The translations under genes were made by a program, and so were the position numbers. The notes beneath the pieces were generated by a model. It had not been told where the DNA came from. It saw nothing but the letters and a program-made list of their open reading frames with translations, and ran no database searches. This document shows, piece by piece, positions 1-10,876 of a stretch of 64,000 nucleotides of DNA; the first letter of the stretch is position 1; every line of letters starts with the position of its first letter. This DNA is from a virus (taxonomy: Duplodnaviria > Heunggongvirae > Uroviricota > Caudoviricetes). The stretch lies in IMG/VR virus record IMGVR_UViG_3300037453_000505; one strand, written 5' to 3'.

Positions 1-10
1 TTTAAGAATA

Positions 11-95
11 GATTACTTTTCCAACCTTGTCATTATCTCCTGTTGCTAGTAGTAATCAAAGGGCAGTATTAGAACAGGAGATAATGACAAGGTTG
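11..95. repeat. Perfect inverted repeat forming a long hairpin: a 29-bp stem (cttttccaaccttgtcattatctcctgtt / aacaggagataatgacaaggttggaaaag) around a loop of about 28 nt. It lies immediately upstream of, and overlaps the start of, the first CDS.
   Basis: Direct reverse-complement match seen in the sequence. Confidence 0.7.
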
Positions 96-662
96 GAAAA
101 GTTATCTATTCTTAAAGATGAAAAGCCAACCATATTAGACACAAATTCTCAATTCTTAAAGATTGAGCAGATGTGTAAGGACAGCTGAACAATTAAAAAA
201 CTTAGCATTCAAGATTGAAAGTTGGTGCTAGATTTTGATTGGAGAGTTGTTATAGATACAGATTGAGAGATAGATTGAATGGTGCTACCACCATTTCAAT
301 TGTTAATTGACCTTAGAAATTATACGGTCAGATGAAATCGTTGTTATCACCCACATATTATGGGAGATTATTCGCTTTGTATGGGTTGAAAATTAACTGA
401 TTTAGTTTCAGACTGTATTGCTAAGAGAGATTTGACTACGTTAGTGGGTTGAATGATTGACTTTTGAAATAGCTGGACATCAAGCGATGCTGGAGATAGC
501 GTTAGACACCCTGCTGAATGTATAGTAAGTTATTATACAAACAATGGAGTATCTAGTTGGAATGATTTACCTGTTTCAAAAGAAGCTATCGATAACACAT
601 TATATGACCGCTGACTTGAACGTAGTGAATTGGGAAGTGGATTCTCTAATTTATTTGACTAA
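84..662 (+). CDS. UBC-like E2 ubiquitin-conjugating enzyme homologue (code 25).
   Basis: Translates to about 192 aa with TGA read as Gly. It contains ...RCYHPHIMGDYSLCMGGKL..., which matches the E2 active-site pattern HPN-I-x3-G-x-(I/L)-C with the Cys eight residues after HPx. It is the first gene of the E2-X-E1-JAB cassette. Confidence 0.5.
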
Positions 663-673
663 TAAAATAACTA

Positions 674-1237
674 ATGCACAGAGATGAAAATGTTAGTGCT
701 GCTACTAGCACGGCATACTGAGCAGTAAATCTAAAGGCATTAGCTGACCATTGATACGCTTATCTAGGTAGAGATTTCGATGATTATTATTTTGTTAGGA
801 GAATAGGCGATGGTTATATAATTAAGAGAGTTATAACACTAGATGATAGTGATATGTCAGAAAGAATGCGGGAATGATTTGATGCTCACGATGCTTGGGT
901 TGATGCAGTTAGAAATGGAGATACAGATGAGAGTTATGAAAGTCGACAGAACGATATAGATATTCGAGATGAAGAAGATAGTGAAGATTATCACGATTGC
1001 TGTCAAGAAATTGTTGACATTCTTCATTGATTATGATTATGGAATGGTGATTATTCAAGCTATAACTGAAATTATTTAGATGAGTTTAACACTCAGACAA
1101 TAGATGTAAATATGCTAGATAATCTCTATAATAAACTAGATAAAAATGACGTCTTCAATGAAGAATTATGGAATGATATAGAGAAAACATATTGACTACA
1201 CCAGGTAGAATTTTTAGCTGCTGAACCTATAAGATAA
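674..1237 (+). CDS. Hypothetical acidic protein inside the ubiquitin-like cassette; possibly the conjugated substrate or Ubl component.
   Basis: Continuous ORF of about 187 aa under code 25 (MHRDENVSAATSTAYGAVNLKALADHGY...AAEPIR). No motif recognised. Its position between E2 and E1 is the only basis for the functional suggestion. Confidence 0.35.
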
Positions 1238-1269
1238 TGCCAGAAAGAAACTTTGACAGGGGGTTAGAT

Positions 1270-1893
1270 ATGTTTAACCCTAATCTTTTTAAAGAAAAAA
1301 AGATTTGAATCATAGGTGCTTGATGAATTGGGAGCAATTCAGCCTATGTGTTGAGTAAAATGTGATTAAAGGTTAAGGTCTGCGATTTCGATGAGGTCGA
1401 TGACGTGAATACTAGTTCACAGTTTTATTCAATGGAACAGTTAGGGAAACCTAAGGTAGAAATGTTAAAAGAAAACATAAAGAAAATGTGTGATGAAGAT
1501 ATTGAGATAGTAAATAGCAAGTATGAGAAATGAATGTTTGATGACTGTGATATTTTAATCTTAGCTTTAGATAGCTTAGCAGTTAGAAAACAAGTAATTG
1601 AAACTTGTAAGGACACTCAATTTATTCTTGACACTAGAATGGTTAAGAAAATAGCACAAGTAAATCTATTGTATGGTATTCAGAGACAGACACGAATGGA
1701 AAAAGAATGGAGAGAAGATGCCGACGCTAATAATGCAGGGACTCGTTGCACAGAAAAAGCAGTTGCTTTCAATGCATTATGAATGGCTGCATTAGTTGGT
1801 AGTATTGTGGCAGATAAACTTAATGGTAAAGATTTGAAATATCAATACACCCTAGATTTAGAGAGCTATAATTTATATGTTTTTAATTCATAG
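1270..1893 (+). CDS. E1-like ThiF/MoeB family adenylyltransferase (minimal E1).
   Basis: MFNPNLFKEKKIGIIGAGGIGSNSAYVLSKMGLKV...QLGKPKVEMLKENIKKM...DCDILILALDSLAVRKQVIETC... The Rossmann GxGxxG motif uses two TGA codons as Gly. The PKVE motif and the D-x-D-x-L motif are typical of ThiF/E1. The gene ends with TAG. Confidence 0.8.
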
Positions 1894-1895
1894 GT

Positions 1896-3137
1896 ATGAG
1901 AGAGTGAACAGAAAAATTAAAGCCTATTACTCAGGAAGAAATAAAGCCTATTGATTATAAAGAAATCAATGAGAAAATCTGACTGAATAATATTAAAGTT
2001 CATCAAGCTCCTGTTCTCACTATCTCAGCTTGGTGTCATAATCATATCAGAGCATTACATAAAAAGTATCCATCAGAAGAATGGACAGCTATTTGTAAGA
2101 TAGTTAATCATTGAGAAGGACAATTTGAAATGGTTGATATGATACACCCTTGACAAAAAACAACTAGCTGAGATGTAGAAACAACTGATGAATGAATGGA
2201 ATGGGCTATTGACCACTTGTTAGAACGTGGTGAAGATTTGTGAGAATGGAATTGTATTCTACATTCTCATCATCATATGGGTTGTTTCTGGTCTGCAACA
2301 GATGACAATGCTAGACTAGGAATGAACGATTGAAGAATGCTTATGTGGGCTGTGGTGACAGCTTATAAGTGAGAAGAAATAGATTATAAAGGTTGCCTTA
2401 ACTTTTATAAGCCATACCCTATTGAGATAGATTGTGATATAGAATATTACACAGAAGATTTATATTGACAGAGAGAACAATGGGGAGATTTTATAGAGAA
2501 TAGAACAAAAGAAATCTATAATGAAATGGTGTTGACAGATGAAACATTAAAGGAATATAAATGCGAATATGATTATGATAACCTATTAAAATATTTAGGT
2601 ATAGACATAACAGATGAGCTTAAAGTTAATGCTAATGTAGTTCAAATGAAAATGCCCTGCGAGTGATATGAAAATAGGTTGAAAGAAATTATGGAAGAAG
2701 CTAAGGAAAAAGTTCAGGAAGAGGTATGAGCGCCGGTAGATAATGAGCTTGTTGATTGGTCTAATTGGTCTGATAATTTACTAGAACAGTTAGATGAAAA
2801 CAAGAAAAAATCTGAGGTAGTTAAAACAACTAAATATAATTATGACTATACCAATAGCTGGGACGATTATGAATATAATCGTTTTTATAATACTAAGCCA
2901 ACTAAAGTTAGTAATAGAGATTTCTATGATAACCCTGAAGAAAAGTATTGCGAGTTTAGTTCAATAAACTACCCTACTAAGTGGAGTTTAATAAATGCTT
3001 ATGGTTTGAATGAACAGTTTGAATTTAGGTTGAATGCTGAAAAAGAACGAGAGGTCTATAACACCCACTATAAAATCTGGTGCTATGTATGAGATGAGTT
3101 AGAAGATTTATACACATATCCAGAAGATTATTTATAG
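1896..3137 (+). CDS. JAB/MPN (JAMM) metalloprotease; deubiquitinase-like.
   Basis: About 413 aa. It contains ...EWNCILHSHHHMGCFWSATDDNARL..., the JAMM zinc motif H-x-H-x7-S-x2-D. It starts 2 nt after the E1 stop. Confidence 0.7.
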
Positions 3138-3154
3138 AATAGTTCGGAGTGGGC

Positions 3155-3236
3155 TTAAATGGTGGTAGAGAGATAGGTTATTTTCCGTTGTCCTATCAAT
3201 AGCTGCTAAACAAATAAAGCTCTGCCACCACTTAAG
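3155..3236. terminator. Structured element downstream of the cassette: a 14-bp long-range stem (ggcttaaatggtgg / ccaccacttaagcc, one mismatch) enclosing an inner 6-bp hairpin (gatagg...cctatc).
   Basis: Inverted repeats seen in the sequence. Function is inferred (terminator or small RNA). Confidence 0.3.
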
Positions 3237-3327
3237 CCTGCTCCTAATAAAAAAGAATTAAAAGAAGAGTTGAAATTAGAAAACTAATGTTTATTATAAC
3301 AATAGTTTTATTTTTTTATTTATTAAA

Positions 3328-3861
3328 ATGACAGGTCGTATCAAGTTAAATGCTAAAATAATTGATTGATTATTATGTATTCAATGTAGCAAATGTTCGG
3401 AGATAAAAGATTACACTCATTTTTATAAAACTAATAAGAGTTCTCTTTGATATAGGTGAGTATGTAAAGAGTGCTGCCAAAAATATAGAGAAGATAATAG
3501 AGAAAGAAGACATAATATTTGAAAGAAATATTATGAAGAGCATAAAGAGAAAAGAAAAGAATATAATAGGCAGTATAGAATAAAGAATAAAGATAGATTA
3601 AAAGAATATGATAAGAAAAAGAGGGCTAAAATGTGATATGTAAGTATTCATAATAAGACTAGGAATTTTGTAAAAGAAAATAATTTACAACTTAATGAGT
3701 GTTGTATTTGTGGTAGCTATAGAAAAATAGAATTACACCACCCTAATTATAACAAGCGATATGAGGTTGTTGTAGTTTGTAATTGATGCCACAAAGAAAT
3801 TCATTCTTGATATAGACCTTGCCCTAATGTAATAAATCTTTTAACATTTAACCAACAATAA
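3328..3861 (+). CDS. HNH endonuclease-like zinc-finger protein.
   Basis: About 177 aa. N-terminal CxxC...CKEC followed by a basic repeat (KYYEEHKEKRKEY...). C-terminal ...ECCICGSYRKIELHHPNYNKRYEVVVVCNGCHKEIHSG matches the HNH pattern C..C...HH....VV.VC..CH..IH. Confidence 0.55.
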
Positions 3862-3919
3862 AATGTGCCCGAACCGATGTGAGTGAACAGTTATTATATC
3901 TCGTTTATCGAGAGATAGA

Positions 3920-4491
3920 ATGGAGAGAATAAAAAGGTGGGCAGAAAATGGCAAGCTATGTCAGATGATTATGCCCTACCCAAAAGACGTTAAAGATGAC
4001 TTACAAATAAAAAGACAATATGAAAAAGAATGCGATAGAGCAAGAGAAGAAAAATCATACACAAGAGATACACGAGAAAAACTAAAAGAAAAATATCCTT
4101 TTAAAGATTTACGATATGATTGGTGTGCTAATAATCGAGGTAGTAAGCGAGATTTATGTTATTGTAATTGACATATAAACAATGATTTAACTCTACAATT
4201 TGAGACAGCTTGGTCGCCTGTATTAAATGTCTTTCAGAAATTAAGTCAGAAATATAAATGCACCGTCTATTATGAATTTTCAGAGCCTGGTTGTTGGTTT
4301 AGTGGTAGGTATGTTTATATAGATTGAAGATTAGATGAGTCAGAAAACTTTAATGACCCGTGGTTTGGAGAATGAGTTGAGTGTAAAATATGTCATAATC
4401 ATTATGACGGTAGGTGCGAAGATGATTGGGGAGATATGACAAATCATATCTGTTTAGAATGTTATGAAAATCAATGAACTTAAAACGAGCA
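3920..4491 (+). CDS. Hypothetical Cys-rich protein (about 190 aa).
   Basis: The ORF-track fragment 3920..4171 continues through a TGA into ...CKICHNHYDGRCEDDWGDMTNHICLECYENQGT. Confidence 0.4.
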
Positions 4492-4822
4492 ATCTTTGGG
4501 GCTGATTATTGCCCTTGCCTTTTAACAGAAGACTTTACGGAGGTAAAGCAATTCTTTAGAAACCTAAAATCTGAACATAGTAGAAACGATGATGAATTAA
4601 GCTGGACAGAAATTACATCTATCTATCTATTTGTTTATGATGATAGGTATTCAGTCGAATCTGATATGAGTTGAGAGCTCCTTGTTTTAGATAAGGAGAC
4701 CGATGAGATAGTAGAACAGCAACACTGGGCTGATAGAGTTCCAGGTTTTTTCTATTGTCAGCCACTATCTTTAGAAGATTTTTTAAGACTTAACAAAGAT
4801 TACAAATGAAAAGATTGTATGT
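4474..4822 (+). CDS. Hypothetical protein.
   Basis: The ORF-track fragment 4474..4674 extends through a TGA (..DMSGELLVLDKETDEIVEQQHWADRV...). Confidence 0.3.
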
Positions 4823-5181
4823 AGTTTATGGTTGAGATGATAGACCATTTGCAGAGTGTGAAAGATTTAGGGACGCATATCGTCAAGCAAGAGAATGTCT
4901 TGGGAATGGTAGTGAATATATAACAATAGATATTTATTTGTGGGACTGAGGTAGATGATATACATATGAATGTTCTTATGGAGATTTCTATTTTATAGAT
5001 AGAAAAGGTAATGCTATTCTACCAGAAGACTTATCTGAAATGTGAGTGCTTTGGCTTAATTTATTTAGCCTCGATAAAGATAATATTGATATACTTAAAG
5101 ACGTGGCTAAAACATTTGAGTTTGAGCTTAACGATATAGGCGAATGAATTTATAAAGATTTATATTCTATTCAAAGAAACA

Positions 5182-5510
5182 ATGTTCATAAAAAATAAAG
5201 AGCTTGTTGGAATAACATTAAAGCGAGATGAGAATGAGTTTGGAAAAACATTCCTCAATTTTAGGGGTATCATTTTCATCATACACCCTGTATCAGACAG
5301 GGCTTTTGGAGTAGAGGTTTTATTTCCTAACATATGGCAAGATATGGTTGAAAGCACTCAGTGGCTAGCCTATGATAGAGATTTCGCTGAGTGATATGAG
5401 AGCATAGAGAGCGCACAATATGCAGTGGAAACATACCTATCAAATGTTTTATGATTTACTTTTGAGGAAGATGAGAAAGATAACAAATGACGCGGTTAAG
5501 TCGTTCTTTA
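5182..5510 (+). CDS. Hypothetical protein.
   Basis: The ORF-track fragment 5182..5394 extends through a TGA under code 25. Confidence 0.3.
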
Positions 5511-6280
5511 ATTTAGACTACTTTAAACGCGACAACACTAGAGTGGAACACTTGCCCGGAAGGGTAGAGATGTATTTGTTTTGAAATCGCATAGCAACAT
5601 ATTGGATAAGAGATTGAGTAGTGGAGTTGATAGATTGACATCATCAAACTGTTACGACAAAGGAAAGATTAAATTGAATATTACAATATATGGGTAAATG
5701 ATTTATTTATCAGAAAAACTATGATTGGTATTGGTCTGATGAAAACAATACAGTTAGACCATTTGGTAAATGAATAGCTTTTAGTTGTTTAAAGAAGAAT
5801 GGCATATGGCATATGTAGTATCAATAGATGATGGGTGGGCGACAGAGAACTATTACTTTGCCTATAAACAGAACGCCCTAGAAAAATTTAATAGCCTACT
5901 TGCGGAGGTGGGTAAGGTTAATCTTAACGGCGATAAGATACCGTGTAATGTAGAGAATTGAGAATGATGGATAAGAGTGAAACAAATAAAATGGAGCGAT
6001 GTGGCTAATCAGAAATTTATCTTTGTAGATAATGAAAATAATTTTGTATTAGTCTTAGGAGATTGTGCTACATTTGAGACAGAATATATCAAGCTAACTA
6101 AAAAGTATCGAGATAAAGACTTAGACTGGTCGGGCTTTTACGATGAGTTAGAACAAAAACTAAAATGAAAGGGAGTAGATATTATTCCTGATATTCAAAT
6201 AGTATATCACGACACACTCTCTCGAAATTAAAACAAAATTAAAAAAACACTGGATTTTTTATTTTATTTAATTATAACTA

Positions 6281-6538
6281 TGGCACGAAAAGATTTAGTT
6301 GTGAAGAAAAGATGAAGACCTAAATGACAATCAAAGAGAGTATATAAGTTCTCTTTTGATTGAGCTTTAAAGGGTATGAAGAGTTGAGATATTCTTTATA
6401 CAAGAAAGTTTGATGCAGACGTTACCTCGAGAACTACTGCTCTAGGGTTGAATGGGACATTTAAAACAGAGAGAGTAGTTATGATTCATATGAAATCTGG
6501 AGAGACAGAGAAAGGTGTTTTAATTACTAAATTATAAT
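6281..6538 (+). CDS. Small basic protein with an AT-hook-like KRGRPKG.
   Basis: MARKDLVVKKRGRPKGQSKRVYKFSFDGALKG... is continuous under code 25. Confidence 0.35.
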
Positions 6539-6540
6539 TA

Positions 6541-6973
6541 TGGCAAAAAAACTTAAATCATTATCAATTGAAGAAAGAAAAAAATTATTAGATGAAGCAA
6601 TCGATTTCTTCTCAGCTCTTGGAAAAGAAAGAGAAGATATGGATTATCTTTTATTTAAAGCGTCAGCTATGTCGTGAGTAAGAAAAGCTTTTAATTATAT
6701 CTCAGAAGATGTAATGTGAAGAGAGTTAAAAACAGATAAAGATATAGAAGAAGCAACTTATATTATGCTACAGAATATGGACTTTGAACAATTAATAAAA
6801 ATAGAAAACATATCAGATAGTGATGCCTTTTGGTATTATGGTTGAGTTGGTTTAGCTATTGGTATTTTAAAATGAAATGACAAATTAATTAAAGACTTTA
6901 AAGATGTTCAGAAGGCTCAGGAAGATAGCTGAAACTTATCAACAGAGATAAATATTTTAAATCTTAATGAATA
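6541..6973 (+). CDS. Hypothetical protein (about 143 aa).
   Basis: Continuous code-25 ORF beginning MAKKLKSLSIEERKKLLDEAIDFF. Confidence 0.3.
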
Positions 6974-7335
6974 ATAGGTATGTTTATTGGTGCTATATTG
7001 GTAGCGATATTATGTGCTTGGGGCTGTTTTAGATGATTAAATGAATGACTGCCTAAGCGAATAATTAGACAGAGCTTTTGATTGATAGAATTTTTTTATA
7101 GGTTCTTAAATGTAATAGCTCCAATGTCTTTATTGTATTCACTACTTGCCTTTAAATTCCATTTACCTTCTATAATTATTTGAATTATATTATATGCTAG
7201 TGCATATCTAGTAAAGAAAATAGTTTGGAAGAGTGTTTATGGAGATTATTTAGATTAAAAAATTACAATGTCTTGATTCGCTTTTATCCTAAGAAGGATT
7301 ATTATTAAATTAGTTTTACATTTTAAAAAATAATT

Positions 7336-7739
7336 ATGGCAACTAACAGAAAAGATTATATGAGAGCGTATTATGACTCTCATAAAGAAAAGATTCAGGC
7401 TCAACAAAGAGCTTATTACAAAAGGAAGAAAATGCAGCAAGCTAACCCTTGACTACTAGATTTAAGGGTAGACTTTACTACTCCAACAAGAGAAGATTTT
7501 AAATCTATAAGCCAACCAGAATTGACTTATTCTCAAAGATATTATGCTGCTAATAAAGAAAAAATTAGAGCACAGCAAAAGGCTAGTAGAGAAAAAAAGA
7601 AAAGACAAGAATATCAGAGAGAATATTATAAAGCAAACAAAGATAAAATTAGGGCACAACAAAGAGCTTCATATGCTAAGAAATATAAGAAATCCCTTTT
7701 TAGTAAAGTTATATCAAAGTTTAAATCTTTATTCAAATA
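7336..7739 (+). CDS. Small basic protein with three internal repeats of the motif YY-x-x-(H/N)KEKI-x-AQQ-(R/K)A.
   Basis: MATNRKDYMRAYYDSHKEKIQAQQRAYY...YYAANKEKIRAQQKAS...YYKANKDKIRAQQRASY. The same flavour appears in the HNH protein N-terminus. Confidence 0.4.
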
Positions 7740-7965
7740 AGAAATGTCATATTTAGATGAATGATTCAAGTGGATACGTTGATATGAAGGGTATTATTCC
7801 ATTAATAAAAGTGGAGATATAGCTAGTTATCATAAACTCTGAGGTAGGAAATGATGGGTGTTGAAAGAATATCCCCAATCATTTCTTAAACCTCAGGTGC
7901 AAGACAAATGTTTAGTAGTTAATCTTAATAATGGAACTTGACAAAAAAGATTTAGAGTTAAGAAA

Positions 7966-8250
7966 TTGGTAGCTGAAGCTTTTCTCCATTGCGATAGGAA
8001 TTGCAAGGAAGAAATATATCATAAAGATAGAGACTTTCATAACTGTAGTGCAGATAATTTATATTTGTCTAAATCACATAGTAATGTTATGAAGCATTAT
8101 ATTCACACCCCAGCATATCAAAAGAAACATACACTATTATTAATGAAACAAATTGAAAAAAGGCAAGAGAAAATTGAGAAAGAAAGAAAAAGATTAGATA
8201 AGGACTTAGATAAAGCAAAGGAATTTTTTAGAACTTTCTCTTGCAATTAA
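7966..8250 (+). CDS. Hypothetical protein (ORF-track fragment).
   Basis: 94-aa ORF on the correct strand for this arm. Confidence 0.3.
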   Translation: MVAEAFLHCDRNCKEEIYHKDRDFHNCSADNLYLSKSHSNVMKHYIHTPAYQKKHTLLLMKQIEKRQEKIEKERKRLDKDLDKAKEFFRTFSCN

Positions 8251-8299
8251 TAAATTAATCAGTAAGTTAAGATTAATATAATTTACCCGGAATTATACA

Positions 8300-8725
8300 A
8301 TGACTAAATTTACAGGACGTTTCGCAAACGATATGGAATGGCGATTTGCCCAGCCAGAACCTAAGGCAGGTAAACAAGTATTCTATGGTAGATTATGTTC
8401 TTGATATACAAAAGAACAATCTATCTTAACTTGAGAAAAATGGCTAGAGGTTATGAGGGCTAAATGATTTTATGGGAAAGAAAAGAAATATGTCCCTAAA
8501 TATTCTCGCCTACAAGAAGATGAATGAGTAGCTGAATACACTTGAATAGATATTACCTATTCAAAAGATGAGGCTAGAGTTTTTAGAAAAGAGTTTGCTA
8601 ATGTGATAGAGAATTTAGAACGAGAGCTTAGGCAAACAGAAGATAAGAAATGTATTAAGGAATTGAACGACAAGATAGAATTGGCAAAAGCTGAATTAGA
8701 TTTATTTAATAAATATAATAAGTAA
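8300..8725 (+). CDS. Hypothetical protein.
   Basis: Continuous code-25 ORF: MTKFTGRFANDMEWRFAQPEPKAGKQVFYGRLCSGYTKEQ... Confidence 0.3.
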
Positions 8726-9300
8726 TGGAAAAATTAATTGAACTAATTAATCAATATGTAAAAGAAAGAAAATGAGATTATATTATAACAGACTATGATG
8801 AAAAATGAACAGGTTTTGATGTAATTCTAGATTGAAAGATAGAATTTATTGGAGAAGAATCTATTCTATGTAAAAGATATGGGTTTATTAAGTGGCTATG
8901 TGAAAGGGGATTGATAGATGAAGATAAAGAAATAGGCTATTATATATTAGAATGATTTGATAAAGAAGATGCTATTCTTATGATGTTAGCCATCAATGAA
9001 GAACCTATTAATTTATTACTTAAGTATATAAAATATACGACAGAAGAAGAAAAATTATATGCGAGAATGCCTGAGTGAGTGATAGGTATCGAAGATTGGA
9101 ATCGATATGATGGTATCGCTTATTATCTAGATGAAGAAACTTGACAGAAATATTCTAGAAATGGGTATCCAATTGCTGATGATGAGATGTGTAAGTGGTG
9201 AAAGATATATAAAGTAGAGACTATTAAAACAGGTGAATGAAATTGGGATTATAAATTTAAGATTTTATCTATTAGAGAAGATAGTCCAACCTCTGCATAA
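8726..9300 (+). CDS. Hypothetical protein.
   Basis: Continuous code-25 ORF: MEKLIELINQYVKERKGDYIITDYDEKGTGFDVILDGKIEFIGEE... Confidence 0.3.
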
Positions 9301-9325
9301 ATGTTTTATTTTATTAGGTAGTACA

Positions 9326-9772
9326 ATGGTCGAAAAGAAAATAATTGATGAAGCTATTGAGCTGACGAATAATATACCATCTACAGATGATGTGGCTCTA
9401 GAAAAATTTGATAGCACGGAATGAACTGATATTTTAGTTCCACTACAACCAGAAGAAAAAGATTTAACTCCTTACCCAGAGGTAGAGTACAAAGTTATTG
9501 AAGCTCCAACTATGGATAAGTTAGTTAGAGATGTTAATACACATTTAAATAGCTGATGGCAAACTGAATGATGAGTTCAAGTAGTTAGTGGGGTTTCAAC
9601 TAGATTCTATCAATCTATGATAAGATGGAATGTTGATGCTAATGTTGGTCTGAAACCCGAAATGCCGTGTGAAAATTCCGAAGCCGGTGCCTTGGGTACC
9701 AAGCCCCTATATATTCCTGGGCTAGAAGATGAACCAGATTTATATGAAGATACTATTAGCAATGAAGCTTAA
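9326..9772 (+). CDS. Hypothetical protein whose C-terminus carries a GC-rich PEMP-x-E-x-SE...LG..P module.
   Basis: ...VGLKPEMPCENSEAGALGTKPLYIPGLEDEPDLYEDTISNEA. The ORF-track fragment 9233..9424 extends through a TGA. Confidence 0.35.
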
Positions 9773-10313
9773 TGAAACTATCCTTCCTGATAAAAGGAAT
9801 TATGAAACATATGATAATCCGTCTGAAAGAAATATTAGGTTTAACGAATTAAAAAATAGATGAAAGAAACCTGAGATGGGGCAATATGAAAGTATGAGTT
9901 GATGGATTTATTTTATAATCTATAAAGAGTAATTAGTATTTCTATATAACAGGGTCAATTCAGGGTCAACTTTTAAACCATTGATACTGTTTATAGGAAA
10001 AGCAAGTTGGAATGCTGGATGCCATAAAGAACAGCAATGCCAGGGGATACTTGGTATTTACCGAATGATGTGTATGTGTAAGCTCTACTAATCTATTATA
10101 TTGATTATAGATTGGACATAGATGTAAGATTTGGGGAGTTTTATAGTATTTCGGCCCTAATCTGAGACTTGGTCTATGGTGCACTCATTGGATAATGAGG
10201 TGTTTACAATGGGCGATAGGTTCTTTTTACTCTGTTCTTAGTTAGGAGTAGAGGTTTATATAGCCGATTAACATCGCCCCATACAAAGTGTTTTAGTCTT
10301 TATTATATTTACT

Positions 10314-10526
10314 ATGGAGAAACCTATAACTCTTAAAGAAGAGATTGCTCTTCTTAGAAAAGATTTAGCTCATCTAAATTTGGTTGAACAAAAACTAGAT
10401 TTAGAAATTAGAATGTCTAGAGCTGAAAAAGAAATTGCTAGGAAAGAAGCAGAATTTAAAAGATTGCAAGACCCAGACGAGGATATATATCCTGACTGTC
10501 CACTAGAATGTGCTTGCTGTCGTTAA
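10314..10526 (+). CDS. Small coiled-coil protein ending in a Cys cluster (CPLECACCR).
   Basis: ORF-track 70 aa on the correct strand, immediately upstream of the tRNA cluster. Confidence 0.35.
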   Translation: MEKPITLKEEIALLRKDLAHLNLVEQKLDLEIRMSRAEKEIARKEAEFKRLQDPDEDIYPDCPLECACCR

Positions 10527-10624
10527 TCTAATTGGAACGTCGGACGCCAATTTCTAAAGAGTCGACCACAATTGATTTGTGTGATTGTTTTTTATTGCAT
10601 TAGGGGGCTTCGGCTCCTTGATGT

Positions 10625-10715
10625 GGAGAGATGTCAGAGTGGTTGAATGTGGCGACTTGCTAAGTCGTTAACCGGGTGAGAAACCGGTTCGTAGGTTCGA
10701 ATCCTACTCTCTCCG
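10625..10715 (+). tRNA. tRNA-Ser (anticodon GCU), type II with a long variable arm.
   Basis: Cloverleaf folded by hand: acceptor ggagaga/tctctcc, anticodon loop ttGCTaa, long variable arm aaccgggtgagaaaccggttc, T-arm gtagg-ttcgaat-cctac. Confidence 0.75.
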
Positions 10716-10719
10716 AAGA

Positions 10720-10790
10720 TGGGAACTAGCCTAATGGTAGGGCAACAGGCTTTGAACCTGTGTGTCTAGGTTCGACTCCTAGGTTCCCAA
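10720..10790 (+). tRNA. tRNA-Gln (anticodon UUG).
   Basis: Perfect 7-bp acceptor tgggaac/gttccca, anticodon stem acagg/cctgt with loop ctTTGaa, T-arm ctagg-ttcgact-cctag. Confidence 0.75.
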
Positions 10791-10798
10791 AGTTATAT

Positions 10799-10875
10799 GC
10801 GGGTGTGACGTAATTGGTATAGCGTAGCAGACTTCAGCTCTGCCCGTACGGGTTCAAGTCCCGTCGCCCGCTCCA
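10799..10875 (+). tRNA. tRNA-Gly with anticodon UCA, which reads TGA codons.
   Basis: Acceptor gcgggtg/cgcccgc with discriminator U and an encoded CCA. Anticodon stem gcaga/tctgc with loop ctTCAgc. T-arm acggg-ttcaagt-cccgt. The GCGGG acceptor plus U73 are glycine identity elements. Confidence 0.75.
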
Positions 10876-10876
10876 T

